Source: Owenia fusiformis (taxonomy: Eukaryota). From it: a DNA stretch of 64,000 nt. Under the pieces are notes generated by a model, which had not been told where the DNA came from, searched no databases, and worked only from the letters and a program-made list of their open reading frames with translations. Below are positions 37,729 to 51,452 of the stretch, in pieces; the stretch's first letter is position 1, and each line of letters begins with the position of its first letter. The DNA lies in NCBI GenBank assembly GCA_903813345.2, contig CAIIXF020000001.1:46252001-46316000 (forward strand), read 5' to 3'. The position numbers and the translations under genes are program-made.

Positions 37729-39410
37729 CCAGAAGCCCCCAGAAGCTATATGATGGCCTCCAGTGGCCCCAAGAATCTATACAGGGGCCCCAAGTGGCCC
37801 ACAGAAGCTATACTATGCTCCCCAGAAGCTATATGTTGGCCCCAAGCAGCTGAATAGTGGCCCCCAGGAGCTATACGGTGGCTCCCAGAAGCTATACAGG
37901 AAACCCTGTGGCCCCCAGGAGCTATACAGTGGCGCCCAGAAGCTATACAGGGGCCCCCAGTGGCCCCAAAAAGCTATACGGTGGCCCCCAGAAGCTACAT
38001 GGGGACCCCCAGAAGCTATACTATGGCCCCCAGAAGCTATACAAGGGCCCCCAGAAACTAAACTATGGTCTCCAGAAGCTATATGGTGGCCCCCAGTGAC
38101 CCTCGGAAGCTATATGATGGCCTCCAGAAGCTAATTAGTGGCCCCCAGGAGCTATACGGTGGCGCCCAGAAGCTATACAGGGGCCTCCAGTGGCCCCAAA
38201 AAGCTATACGGTGGCCCCTAGAAGCTACATGGGGACCCCCAGAAGCTATACTATGGCCCCCAGAAGCTATACAAGGGCCCCCAGAAACTAAACTATGGTC
38301 TCCAGAAGCTATATGATGGCCTCCAGAAGCTAATTAGTGGCCCCCAGGAGCTATACGGTGGCTCCCAGAAGCTATACAGGGGACCCCAGTGGCCCCAAGA
38401 AGCAAAACGATGGCCCCCAGAAGCTATACAGGAGCCCCAAAAAGCTACATGATGGCCCCAAGAATCTATATGATGGCCCCCAATGGCTCCCAGAAGATGT
38501 GAAGGGCCTCCAGTAGCCCCTAGAAGCTATACGTTGGCCCCCAGTGGCCCTAATAGGCTATATGATGGCCCCCAGAAGCTAAATAGTGACCCTCAGGAGC
38601 TACATGGTGGTTCCCAGAAGCTACACAATGGCCCCCAGAATCCATATGGTGGCCCCCAATGGCTCCCAGAAGCTATAAAGGGCCCCCCAGTAGCCCCTAG
38701 AAGCTATACGGAGGCCCTCAGTAGCCCCCAAAGCTATATAGTGGCCCCCAGAAACTATACAGGGGCCCACAAGTGGCTCCAAGAAGCTATACGATGGCCC
38801 CCAGAAGCTATGCAAGGGCCTGCAGAAACTGTACTGTAGCCCCCAGAAGCTATACAAGGGCCCCCAGTGGCTCCCAGAAACTATAAGATGGCCCCCAGAA
38901 GCTATGCAAGGGCCCGCAGAAACTATACGGTAGCCCCCATAAGCTATACGATGGCCTCCAGAAGATATACAGTGTCTCCCAATGGGCCACCATATAGCTT
39001 TGGTGGCCACCGTATAGCTTCTAGGGGCTACTGGGGGCCATGTATAGCTTCTGGGAGCCATTTGGGGCCATCATATAGATTCTGGGGGCCATCATGTAGC
39101 TTCTGGGGGCTGCTGTATAGCTTCTGGGGGCCATCGTATATCTTCTTGGGGCCACTGGGGTTCCCTGTATAGCTTCTGGGTGCCACCATATAGCTCCTGG
39201 GGGCCACTAATTAGCTTCTAGGGGCCATCATATAGCTTCTGAGGGCCACTGGGGGCCACCATATAGCTTCTGGAGACCACAGTATAGTTTCTGTGGGCCC
39301 TTGTATAGCTTTTGGGGGCCATCGTATACCTTCTGGGGGCCACTTGGGGCCCCTGTATAGATTCTTGGGGCCACTGGGGGCCATCATATAGCTTCTGGGG
39401 GCTTCTGGAA
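37729..39410. repeat. GC-rich satellite with a unit of about 21 bp (GGCCCCCAGAAGCTATACGGT-like) that switches orientation
   Basis: + orientation 37729-about 38975, reverse orientation about 38985-39410. A 230-bp higher-order duplication is present (ccagaaactaaactatggtc at 38051 and 38281). Confidence 0.93.
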
Positions 39411-42400
39411 CCTAATAATTAATGTATTTTGCCAGGTTTCACCAAAATCTTCAAATATGGGGGCTGTCAGGAGGGGGTTCAATTAAGTTATAATTTTTTT
39501 AAACAAATTCATGTGACTATTTATCTCTAAAGCAAAGGGGGAATAACTTCCTTTTAACTCATTAAGAACGTGAAATGTAAAAACCTCATTATCAAGTGAT
39601 GTTACCATAGCATCTGAAATGTTAGAAATATTACATAAACCATATGATGAATCATCTTCACTTCTAATCATGCTTTATACTTCAGATACTTTAAGAATCA
39701 AGAATATGAAGAATATGATGAAAATCAGACTATATGTATACTATTTATATGAATCATTGAAAGTGCATGGTAAATTATAAAATTGAATCTTTAATATACA
39801 GGGTCAAGATAACCGTTTTGACCCCTGTGAATGATAGTCAAAATACATGTAACCTTTCCACATACTTATTAGTTCAGTTCAATACATGCACATTTTTACT
39901 CAATAAGATTGAAACAACTATGGTTGTTACTTTTTTGTTAATTTAATATTCTTTTTATAATTGTCAAACAATGACGTTCACGGTAGCTGCCTCCAAAGCT
40001 GGATAATTTTGTTAATTCTGATCCAATTTTGAAGATTTGTTGTCTCTTTAATGTTGCTTATGTCTTCCACTTATCAAATAAGGGACAAAACTATGCACAC
40101 ATTCTGTCATACGGCCTCAGTTCTAATAGATATGTTGCTATACTACGATATTCTGAACAAAAAATGGATTGATGACGTCACAATTAATGCAAATTAGCTA
40201 ATTTGCATAACTTAATATTGTAACCATATAGTAAATTTAATAAGGTTTAATCAGATACCAATATCATCTCTATAGACCAAATAATGGCGAAGCTACATTG
40301 ATTCAAGACTCCAAGGTAAGACGTATGTATATTATTGTCAAATAATGACATTCACGATAGCTGCCTCGAAAGTTACATAACTTTCGTAATACTGATTCAA
40401 TTTTGAATCGGTTTTCACTTTTATGTTGCTTATACCTTCTACTAATAGAATAAAGGACAAAACCTTTCAGAAATTTTGCCATACGGCCTCAGTTCTAATA
40501 GATACGTTGCTATAGTTGGAAATTCTGAACCAAAAATAGATTAATGACGTCATAATTTATGCAAATTAGATGATTTGCATAATTGAATATCAGAAATTTA
40601 TTGGAAATTTAACGAGGTTTAATTTGGTACCAATATTATTTCTATAGACCAAATAATGACAGAGCTACAAATGATTTCAGATACCAAGGTAAGATGTCTA
40701 AAGATGCGTAACCATGGTAACTGAATGCCACCATAAAAGTACTATGGGACATTAGTTGGCAATGTTAACAAATGAATTCATTAAATAGACACCCTAGGGA
40801 TTACAAAAATGTATGTAACTTATTCACACCTTATGGGTGCATGGGAACCCCTTGTTCCTACTATACTACAAGAGCAATAATTTGTGCACTTTGCCAAATA
40901 AATTCCCAAACTGGATTTTTCGAGATCTATAGCTGCAGCTGGAACACCATGCGAGATGTTACTTAACAGTTGTTTTTCATGCGTCTTGTCTACATGTGTG
41001 ATCGAGTGAATATATAAGGAAAACCTAAGGATACCTTCAGTCCATGTACTGACAGAGTCCATATGTAATCTAGGGACAGCTGGACACAGACCAAGCAAAA
41101 AGCATTTTAAGTGTTACAAGGTCACAAAGCAAAAATGGCAAATGACAAGCTCATGTAAATTGAACATTCCAGTGAGTGGACAGCCACGTTTAAAGTAGAT
41201 GAGGACACACTTGAAACAGAGTGCTTTGTTGGTGAATGCATTACAGAACTAAACTGTCTTACACATAAGACTTTTGCACAGCCTAACAGACTTTGTGTTT
41301 ATTATTAGACCTGGCAGCAATGCTGGGGGCATTCAGCAAGGTTAAAAGCGCTTTTAGACCTTGGTAGAGGTGCCAGTGTAAGGGAAGCTTTAAAGTAAGT
41401 AACATTGTGAATGCCTTGCTCATTACCTTGCACTTGAATCAAGGATAGGTCTTCTCACTAAGTTACAGCATTGAGAAATGCAGAAACTTGTGATATTCTA
41501 CAACAGATGTTTAGCATATCAGAAAATCTAGGTATGATTAGTTCAGTAATTTTATGAGCAAAAAATTCTTAAATGGGATAACAGCATTCAGGAAGCATGC
41601 AGAGCAAATTTGTTTAAGGTAAGTTGTAGTTTGTATACATTTAATTACAAGTAGGTTTGTTTCACAAGTTCATCAGTCTCTACTCCGTTAAGAGGAAATT
41701 AGGTGAGACAAACAAATGTATTGTTTTAAGTCAATGGTTGATTAATTACTTACAGTTAGCTCTATGTTATATGACACTCGCAAGCAGTTTTTTAATCAAT
41801 AAATGCTATTTAAAATAAACAAAATTATACAAATGTTCTCACCAGTATCCTTAAATGTATGAAAGTTTTCAAATAAAATGCCCAAAACTGGAAGTCCATC
41901 ATAGCAGTTCATGAATTTGGTTCAGTTATTTTTGTTATATTCAGCTGGGTGTACTGTAAAGGTAATTTTTAAACTTGCAGCTGGTTGGTGCAGAGTGCAG
42001 CAACTGTAACCGGTAAATACACCATTCAATGCTTCATACTTGGTGAACATTGGTATTTTTCTTTCTTCTAAGTATTTACCACGTCTTACTCAGAAATTTT
42101 TCAATCTATCACTAGTTAAAAAAAACGGGGGGTTACATTGACATGTTTCATACTTGCTTATTGGTTTTAAGAGACACACCTCCTCAAAATGATATGGGAG
42201 ATAATTTGAATTTTGGCTTGCAACTTTTTACAATGAGCATTGAATAATTTTGAAAGGAAATTAAGAAAATGTGTAGGTTTAAATTGTTTAAAAGAACATT
42301 GAATATTTTGAATATGCTACTATTTAATTTGTATTTATGATTTTCTTTTTATTTCTCTAACTATTTCTGTGATCAATATCAATATTTAGGTCAAGATGTT

Positions 42401-45400
42401 GAAAATAACACACTGTCTCTTTCCTGATATTAAACATGTAATCTAGACTGAAATACATAAAGAATTGGTGTAATTTGTAAGGTTTGAAGTGCTGTTGTGG
42501 TTTCCCAGATCCTGTTGGAACACTTTTACCTGTTTGACTTTCAAATGGATGTAGTACCCTGTATGAAATTTCTACATTTAGATCATTCCTACCAATAATG
42601 TTCATGTTTAAATGAAATATCCTTAAATATGTAGAAATATAGTTTTGTATGCTTGTCTGTGAGGTATGCATCTATAGATTCAACACCTGTTATCCTCTAT
42701 TTTCTGGACATATTGCCGTTGAAGAAATATTTATTATAGGTTGTGTTTAATGTTTGTAAGGTAAAGGAAGTTCAAGCCTGCTGCCTGGTAAGTGTACTAT
42801 TTAAATGATAATTCTGCCCAGATAAAATTTACTTTTATTCCCCAATATACTCGTAATATTATTCAAGAGACGAGACTAGACTCTGTCTGAATCATTGCCT
42901 GTCAAATAACACAATAACACAGGAACAAGATTACTTCTTGTACAGCATGCAGTCTACAGGTGAATACCTGTAAGTAACTTTTATATTCTATTGGTTTAGT
43001 TGTGGCCACTGCTCCATCAGGCATTCTCTCACTTACGGAACTGTTTGTCAGATAGGAGAGCATTATCTGACTATGACTGTCTGTGGTGCTTTAGAGTGAA
43101 ATGATAAAGGTGATGGAGTGAAATAGGAAGGTGAAGTTAGCGAGGAAGCAATTATTTCCACACTTTGTGTCATATTGTTCTCAGTAATTACTTCTTTTTA
43201 TCACATGGAAGTCTTTACCCTTTGCCAAATTAATTGATCTGGGGTTCATCATCCTCCGATGACAGGGCTTCAAAATCCAGAATATATTCTTTCTTTTTAC
43301 CCCCTGTGATAAGCAGTTACCATTTCCCCGATTAAGAGCTCGCAATCTGATTGGCTTTTTGGTCTGATCTTATTCCTGTTTCAAGAAAACCATTGTTTAC
43401 TTTTTGAAGAATAATGACTTGTGACCAAATGGTAAGTTACGGACAGTTCCTAAAATGGACCCTGGCCATTATTGTTGAAATTTCCTGCCAAATAATAATC
43501 TCTATATATTTTGGATTATGGTTATTGAACTTTAATACCAGAAATAAAAATATGACAAAAAAATCTCAAGAAACAGATTTTCAGGAAAATGCAATTTTGC
43601 TACACAAAAATGGAATCGAGGATGTACCATCAATATTATCCAAAGGAGATGTTTATATCTCTTAAGAGTGATAATTTCAAGATTTGGCTTCCCTATGAAG
43701 TGTTAGAGTCCTTTTTTGACAATTTTAATAAATAAAGTTTTGATGCCAAAGATACTGAGAAAATTAGATCATGTTACGAAATGACAAGCATTCCTGTCAA
43801 AAGCCAAAGATTAATTTTTTTGAACAATAAGTTTTAAAAAAATTCCTCAGACATTAAGGTCATTCTGACGTCTTTTGCATAGAGAGGTCCTGATCTAAAG
43901 TATTATATTATAAGTCAGCGACACTGTGTGTCTTACTTGATGTATAATGGTCTAGATGGTTTGTCCCTCGAATGAACCTGTCTCCCTATATCTGTTACAA
44001 AAAAATCATAGCAGGTCTAGATATATTTAGTGCACTTTTTACTCAAAATTTCTTCCCTTTTTCATAAATTATACATCTCACATGCCCATATTGGTGAGCA
44101 CTCATTTTACATTTTGAAACTAAGGAAACTCATGTTTGAAAAAATGAGATATCTGAAGTAAGTTGACAAATGTATGTGAATGTGGTTTAGTATATATAGC
44201 ATGACTGTATATGGCGGAGTCTATGGTATGGGTATAAATGAGTATTAAAACAGAAATATGATCGTTAGATGAGTCACTATGCCCTGCATAACATTAAAGC
44301 AAATTTTATGTCAATTTTTGTTCGATTTTACAACCCCTGGATTCTGACTCATTAACTCATCTGCTTTGGATAGAGCTATTCAGATTTCATCATCAGTAAA
44401 TACTTCATTAGGCATGGGGGACCATTTGATTCTTAAAACATCCTGGTTGAGGTCACATTGATATTTAAAGAATCAATTGTAATTCTGTCAGTGCCAGAGG
44501 TATAGAACACAAGTGTTTGCAGTTGCTCTGCAAATATAACTTGTATATCAGTCCACATAAATAGCCGATAACCCAGGATATATCGAGAGGCTCGCCGTTG
44601 TGTGGTTTGTGGTTTGTGCAGGCGGTTTATTAAATCAGACGTATTAATTCAACAGATACCAGGGCAATTGGACCCCTGGTTTCCACAGATGTCAAGGGAA
44701 CTTTTATCAGAAGCCAGCTTCACTCCATCTAGCTGTAACTTGACATAACTAGCAAGACATATTATTATATGAGATATTACAAATTTTGAGCACTGATACA
44801 TGCTAGACTGCATGTAAATTAGTGATGTAGTTACAAGTGCTCATGATTTATGATAGGATTGTGTGAAAAGTTGCATACAAGTCTCTGATTCAGCAACACA
44901 GGCTGTTGCACTCTGTGATATACTAGGTCATTATACTAGACACCTGGATCAAATCCTGCAACAGCTTACTGAGCTAAAAGGAGGTGAGTTGCTTGAACTT
45001 TGGTATTTTACTTACTATCTTCTTGTTTGAAGGAGCGGAAAACTCCATAATTGATAATCAACTCTCTGGTCACTTTTCCCATCCTTGAGAAAATGTGATG
45101 TGGGGCCTGGGGGTATATTTATCCAGCCCCCTCCCATATTGGGTTTAAACATAACACTATACAGTTGTGTGAAGACTGGGTCTATTACAGTCTTTTAGGG
45201 GGCAATTGAAAGGCTGTTCTTTTGTACATGATGTTGTATATTTCTAAGTAGTTTTTTAAACAATTGGTATAGTACATGTCTTTTTGCATATAATTACGAC
45301 TAGTTTTAATGAAGTAGTGTTACTTTTAAGCTCGCTCTGACAACAGACATTTCAGTATGTCTGATTCATTTTAATCAATAAATCTAGAAGACAAATCGCT

Positions 45401-48400
45401 TTTTAATTTTTAACATTTGAATAATGACCTTGGTGTATAAGTTATATCAATGATAAATACATACATTGTTCTATTTTGAGGTGAATGAATAATGCGTTTT
45501 TGAAATAGATTTTTGGATTAAATATGTAAACAACAACAAAGCCAATAGGACATATATTTTTGGGACACGTACTTGAATAAACCTCTTATCGTAATCATCA
45601 CCTTTTTGTGACCTCACGATGATTTTGTAATGTGACTTCATTAAGGGAATGTTTCAATATAATGATAGATTGGGTAAAAAACTATTTTGGGGGTTCGGGG
45701 AAACTCATATAAAAATACTGATATACATGTATCCCATATGCATTTACAAAATGTAATGTCATTTTTTTATTATAAGAAGCAGTTTAGCAGTTATTTGACC
45801 ATGGAAAAATACCAGAAATAAGTGAACTTGGTGAACTGAATACACAAACCCTTGGAATATAAAAAGTCAATCTGAGCAAATAACAAAACAGGGTTTACCA
45901 GAAATCAGTGTTTTGACCCGATTCCTAATGCGATTACAATTTGAATTATAAAGCGGCTATTTTGATATTTAGGCATATTATTGTTCATCATGAACACATA
46001 TTGTTCATCAATATATTGACACATTCCCTGAGACATTTGCTGAACGGTTTACGTGAAGAGCAGACATGTAAATTATAGATGATAGGAGGAGCTATTGATA
46101 ATTATCATTGAAATTCTGCCAAAAAATATAACCTTCTGAACCCAACTGTCAGTTGATTCTAGAGTGTATATAGGGTATAGTATAGTGTCCCTTTTATTGA
46201 AGGTTTGTACATATAATTTTCTTCAACATATATTTTACATTCCTTTTCGTCGTTGTATTATATAAGTCAAGAGGTCACTTGAAAATATTGACATTGTTAA
46301 AGTTACATGTTTAGCTATTTTCATGTTAAGTTTCTAAAGCACTTTTTCAGGAAATGAATTAAATTCAGTGATCGAACAAAATAAAAATAGAATGTTACAC
46401 TGATGAATATTATTTGTACAGTCATCATTTGGGTCTGGTGTTTGGTTATGGGGCCATATGGTGCCTTATTAAGCCCAATATCAACTTTGTCCTATTATTT
46501 CCTGAAGGAGAAACTTCTTAGGTAGGATTTGGCCCCTATGACACTGATCTAGTATTCCCCTCTTAACACTATTGTGTCAGTCTAGGCATTGATTCTATTT
46601 TCAGCTCTGTATCTATTGTATTTTATAGAACATTTGGAAATTCTTTTTTAAATAACTCAATAGGTATTGACTTATCTCCAGGCATTCTGCCAAATATCCC
46701 GTTGAAATGTTGAAAGGATCTGTCTTTTGTAGAGAATTCAACTTGACCTACAATGTTATCTCCTTTTATGTGTTCATAAGGCGCCGTGAACTACTCGATC
46801 ATTCTAGAAAAGACCTCAATGGCACTATAACCTGATCATATCAGGTAATTTATAGGATATGGGTGTTTCCATGAGAATGAATATATGGAGTTCCCCTCTA
46901 ATAGCTCCCATTTGGTGGTCAGACAAGAATCTCAGAACTAATGTGATATCAATCCATTAAGATAAAACACAATATGGCTAGCCTCTTATGCAATTTTATT
47001 TAGATTCAGTGCAATTGTACTAAGGCTCCATTTCATACCAACCCGAGGTTTTTTGTGTGAAATATGAAGTTCAAGTCAATAGCCTCTCAGGATGTTTCAT
47101 ATTACCAGATACTCTGGCTAGATCATGCAGCCTAGATTCTGGTATTTTGCGGAAAAGTTCAGGAATATGAATAAAAACATCCTACCTATATTGTACTGGA
47201 ACAAGAATTCATGTCTCTTATATTTTCTAACCATTCATCAGAATACAAGAACTACTGGACATGGAATATCACTTTTTGCCTGACCATAAAATATTTTATT
47301 TCTTCAATATTTTAAAAGTCCAATGTTACCCTTTTCAATATTTGATTTCACTTCTTCAAGTTAGAGCCTTTAATCAATGGGTATCATAATTACTACAGCC
47401 TCTTAGTCTCAGGGTTGTCCCAAAGTATTTTCATACCAGTTCGATTTTCAATCAAAACTTCATATCTTGGAAATCCCAGATGGTGTATTTTCTTGAAGTT
47501 CCACAAAGATGTTGTTTGTCACAGTGCAAGACAGCATGCAGTGTCCAAAGTGGCTTGAGGGCACATGCATATGGTTCATATGTTGCACATATGTTTGAAA
47601 TAAACTAAATGACCACTGTACTACATGCTACTTGCTATCTTGATCTGTCATGTTATGGATTGCATGTTCCATCCTTCAATGAAAGCTCACTTTCCAATAT
47701 TGGAACATATGAAATAACTAGGAAATCAAAAACTTATAAAAAGTTATACATACATAATGAAATAACCTTGGATTATGCATCATCTTTGCCAGGTTTCACG
47801 AAGAGATTTATTTTTCTGTGTTAATTTTTGCGTATATTTTATCACTTTGAACAAAGAAAGCCAAAATTCAGTCAAAAACTTAATTTTCAGAAAGAGGTCA
47901 GAATCTTTCTACTGGGAATATTAGACACGGTGAAGTTCGTAGATTAACGTTGACCTTGAAACTTATCAAACCCTGTTTGAAGTAGTCACATGATTAACCC
48001 TCTCAGGGGAAAGTGGTTCTATCAGGGTTTACTATTACTCTACTGAGTTTCTACTTGAACAGCCTAAAATAAATGAAAACCTAGATTTGTTCTATTGACA
48101 CATTGTCATTGAGTTTCTTTGGGCACAAGGGTTACTCACTGAACTTACGTATTTATCTTTGATTAACTATAGATGCATAGGCGTATGAGCCAGGGGCGGG
48201 GAGGGGGTGCGATGGGTGTGATCGCAACAAAACTGTGTAAAATGACTATGTTATCTCAGTTCTACTAATTTGTAACAGTATTATATAACAGACAGATACA
48301 AATGTATATGATATGTAATCTTGACTGGAGGAGATAAGTATACATTAGTACATAAGTAACAACAAGGTCATGATTTGAGATCCCTATCAACTTACAATAC

Positions 48401-50967
48401 TGCCTCTAAGAAGACCAGTTACTGTTCAAATGGTACCCTTTATGTTATTTATTCAGATATGGAAATTGAATTTTAAAAAGGCAGTTTTTTAAGTTAGTAT
48501 CAGGTAAAGATGACACGACGTGGTATTTATCTATTGTTGTCGTTAATACTGTATGTCCTTGACACCTTATCTATTAATACCACACAGACAAGACAAGAAT
48601 TGACACACAAACCATTGTTTAGACTATGTATTGAAAAATAATGGTTTGACGACTGTAAACAAAGAAAACAGAAACTTCACAAGTAACAAAAATGTGGGCT
48701 TTTCTATAAACCATTATCAGACCTCTGTGAGCAAGTAGTTTCTTAATTTTGGGCCTCCCTTTAGATTTTCAGAGTGTCAGAATGGAAATGGTATTTTTGT
48801 GGATTACAATATAATGAATGATATAATCAGTCTACCCTAAAGCTGTACACTTTCCAATGGCTTGATTTAGCTTATTTAAAAGAGAGCTTCGTCAACCTAA
48901 TTTACAAGGCATTGATACTGGGGCCATAGGAACCTAAAGTCTGGTAGTAATTATCACCATTAATGAAACTCTTTTTAGAAGCGAAATTGGTCTAATTTTG
49001 ACAAAACTCAGAAAAATTGAACATTTTGTACATGGTACATGTATTTTCTTTTAATATAATACTTAAAATAACTGAATATTATATGCAATTCTTTAGTCCT
49101 AATCGATTTCTTAAAAAAATATGATTTAGCAAAACCAGTATCATTTTGAAGAAAAACTATAGCTATCCAGTGGTGCAAGAATTTTCCAGATTAAGATGAC
49201 AGTAGCACTGAGAAAAAGCAAAACCTCCAAATCTAGAGTTTTCCACTCATTGAACTTTTGCAAAAATAACATGGCAGCATATGCACCTGAACCTGTAGGT
49301 TCTAAGTATATCTCAGATCTACAGGTGCATGCACCTAGAATTAGGCAAGCTAGGAAGCAGTTTTAACATTGAATCCAGTGTCCTCAGAAAACATTAGAGA
49401 TGTCTATTATATTTGTGTCTCTGGTCAATCACTTGATACCCCTAAGGTATACATGCAAGAGATGAGTACACAAGCCTAATTTTCATGATAATTTTTTTTT
49501 GATTTCGACTATTTTCTGAGCACAGCATATAGCTGAATGATTATCTTGTACATTGAATAGACCTTGTCCTTAGAGTAAATGTCAAGTAGGTTCAGTGTTC
49601 AATTCAGCATTTATCAGTTGCCAGTCTATCTATTGGCATGTGCTTCACTTAATAAAGCAGATTGAATATATTCAAGTTTATATTTGATCAGGTCTATTCA
49701 TAGGTTCATGAGTCTGGAATTTTTTCAATTGGATTTATAATTTTTTGGATCATATTGAGAGGTGCCATTTGGGGCTGTGTTGTAGGATAAGTTCAGACAT
49801 TAATCCTTTGGATTAGAACATATCATAGCAATAATATAACTGTAGAAAGAATTTAGGAATATACTGTTAAGAAACTTGAAAAGTGGATGTATTCATTTTG
49901 GATAAGGTGAGTATAATAGGCTAGAAATGTTCTGAGATATATTTGAACTCAGGATTTTTTATTATTATTAGATTTTTATCAACTAAAAGCTATAAAAGTG
50001 GTTGTAATTAATACAAAAAGTGAGTTTCAGGGGTTAAGAAATTCTTTGAAGCAGTCCAGTGTTAAATATCAAAAGAAAAGCACTGAAATTACAAACTCAC
50101 AGATGGATACTTTTCTGTATTTTCAAGACTTGAACAATTTGTAGAATATGACAGAACCCAGGAATTTTTATATTTCTCAATCTGAATTCAATTGATTTCA
50201 AAATATATAATTCTTTTATTTAATGAACATTAAACATGTATGAGCATAATCTTAAGGGATATTTAAAGTCTGGCATGAAAATGGAGAATGAAATATAATA
50301 GATTCAGCCAGTCTTGTAAAGATAGCTTTGTATTTTAAATATAATTGATACTCAATGATTTAAACATCTAGATTTACCGTAATTGAAATTGAAAGCAGCA
50401 TTAAGCCCTGGATCCTACATTCTGCATGATAAATACAGAGGCTGTATGCAGTATTTAATAGTACAAACATAATTGCTTCATTTAGAATGTAGATTGGATT
50501 ATTCGCATGCTTAACATACATTATTAATGTATGGTGATTAACCTTCATATGCAATACAGTTTGTAGCCACCTGTTGGGACCGATTCGTACTAGATATCTC
50601 AGACGGTAAATATTGTACATGCCACTAAAGTAGAGCAGTGCGGTTAAAAGTAAATATATCACTGATAACCAACTTATGTTATCTTAAGTACCAAGTCCCA
50701 TATCACGCTATACTATAAATCGTTTAGAAAATGTCAAGAAAAGTCTAAAGACGTGGGATGTGATCTGAATTAAAAAAAGTTCAGTTTGATTCAACTGTGT
50801 TCACATGTGAATGATGCAATAAAAATGTTTCATAGAGGACGAGAAAAAAATCAATAGCGAGAAAATATAATTCTAAGGCTGTCAAGGTTATTTAAGACTA
50901 AGGGGAGGGCTTCGATTGAACTACTGACTTTAGAAACGGCAGCTAACAATTTTATATCAGCTTTAGA

Positions 50968-51107
50968 AATGGTGACATTGTTATAGTCTCCAACATTTTT
51001 GTGGATGGTGGTTAGTGTTTGGAGTTGGTTGTCTGTGTCTGTAACAAATGACATTGCATCTGTAACAAATGGCAGGTAGTGACATTTTGCATGTTAATGC
51101 CTTGTTT
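50968..51107 (+). mobile_element. HINE-like family A short copy
   Basis: ggtgacattgttatagtctccaac...ggtagtgacattttgcatgttaatgccttgttt. Confidence 0.7.
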
Positions 51108-51315
51108 CTACTCTACTCCCCCCCCCCCCTCCCTAGTTGGCTTCACTCATTTATTCGGATATCAATATCAACTTGTGGATATATAAGATATCACTGAAGA
51201 TCATATGATATCCTATATGCTTGTGAGGTATATTATGTTATTTGAGAAAGGTCTCAATACAGTAAAACCTGCATAGCTGTACTCCTAATCAGAACACCTC
51301 TCAATTTGGTTAGAT

Positions 51316-51452
51316 TTTTATGTCATCGTAACGAGTTGTGACATATTGTTGTGGTCTGTTACTTTTTTGTAGATGGTGTTCAGTGGCTGGTGTTCAGCAC
51401 TCAGTGTTTAACAAATGGCATGTGATGATATTGTGCATGTTAATGCCTTGTT
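51316..51452 (+). mobile_element. HINE-like family A short copy (diverged)
   Basis: tttttatgtcatc...gtgacatattgttgtggtct...gcatgttaatgccttgtt. Confidence 0.65.

Larger units (their letters stand above)
36260..40868. mobile_element. 4.6-kb foldback DNA transposon derivative with TIRs of about 1.55 kb, possibly Academ-type, non-autonomous
   Basis: Starts TAGTATAGTAGGAACAAGGGG and ends CCCCTTGTTCCTACTATACTA, with CAA on both flanks. Arms 36260-about 37810 and about 39335-40868 are near-identical reverse complements around a GC-rich satellite. Confidence 0.92.

Noticed and set aside
37763..39172. Repetitive ORFs (GPQKLYG / VAPRSYT repeats) resembling a structural protein
   Set aside because: They are translations of the 21-bp satellite in several frames and on both strands, broken by frameshifts and stops, inside a TIR element, with no credible splice context.
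37430..39671. Duplicated ORF MIRSEDDSSYG... on opposite strands
   Set aside because: It is a consequence of the long TIRs. It is short, with no domain similarity I can recognise.
36261..40867. Polinton/Maverick assignment from AGT..ACT-like ends
   Set aside because: No 6-bp TSD in that register and no coding remnants. TAG..CTA with a CAA duplication fits better.
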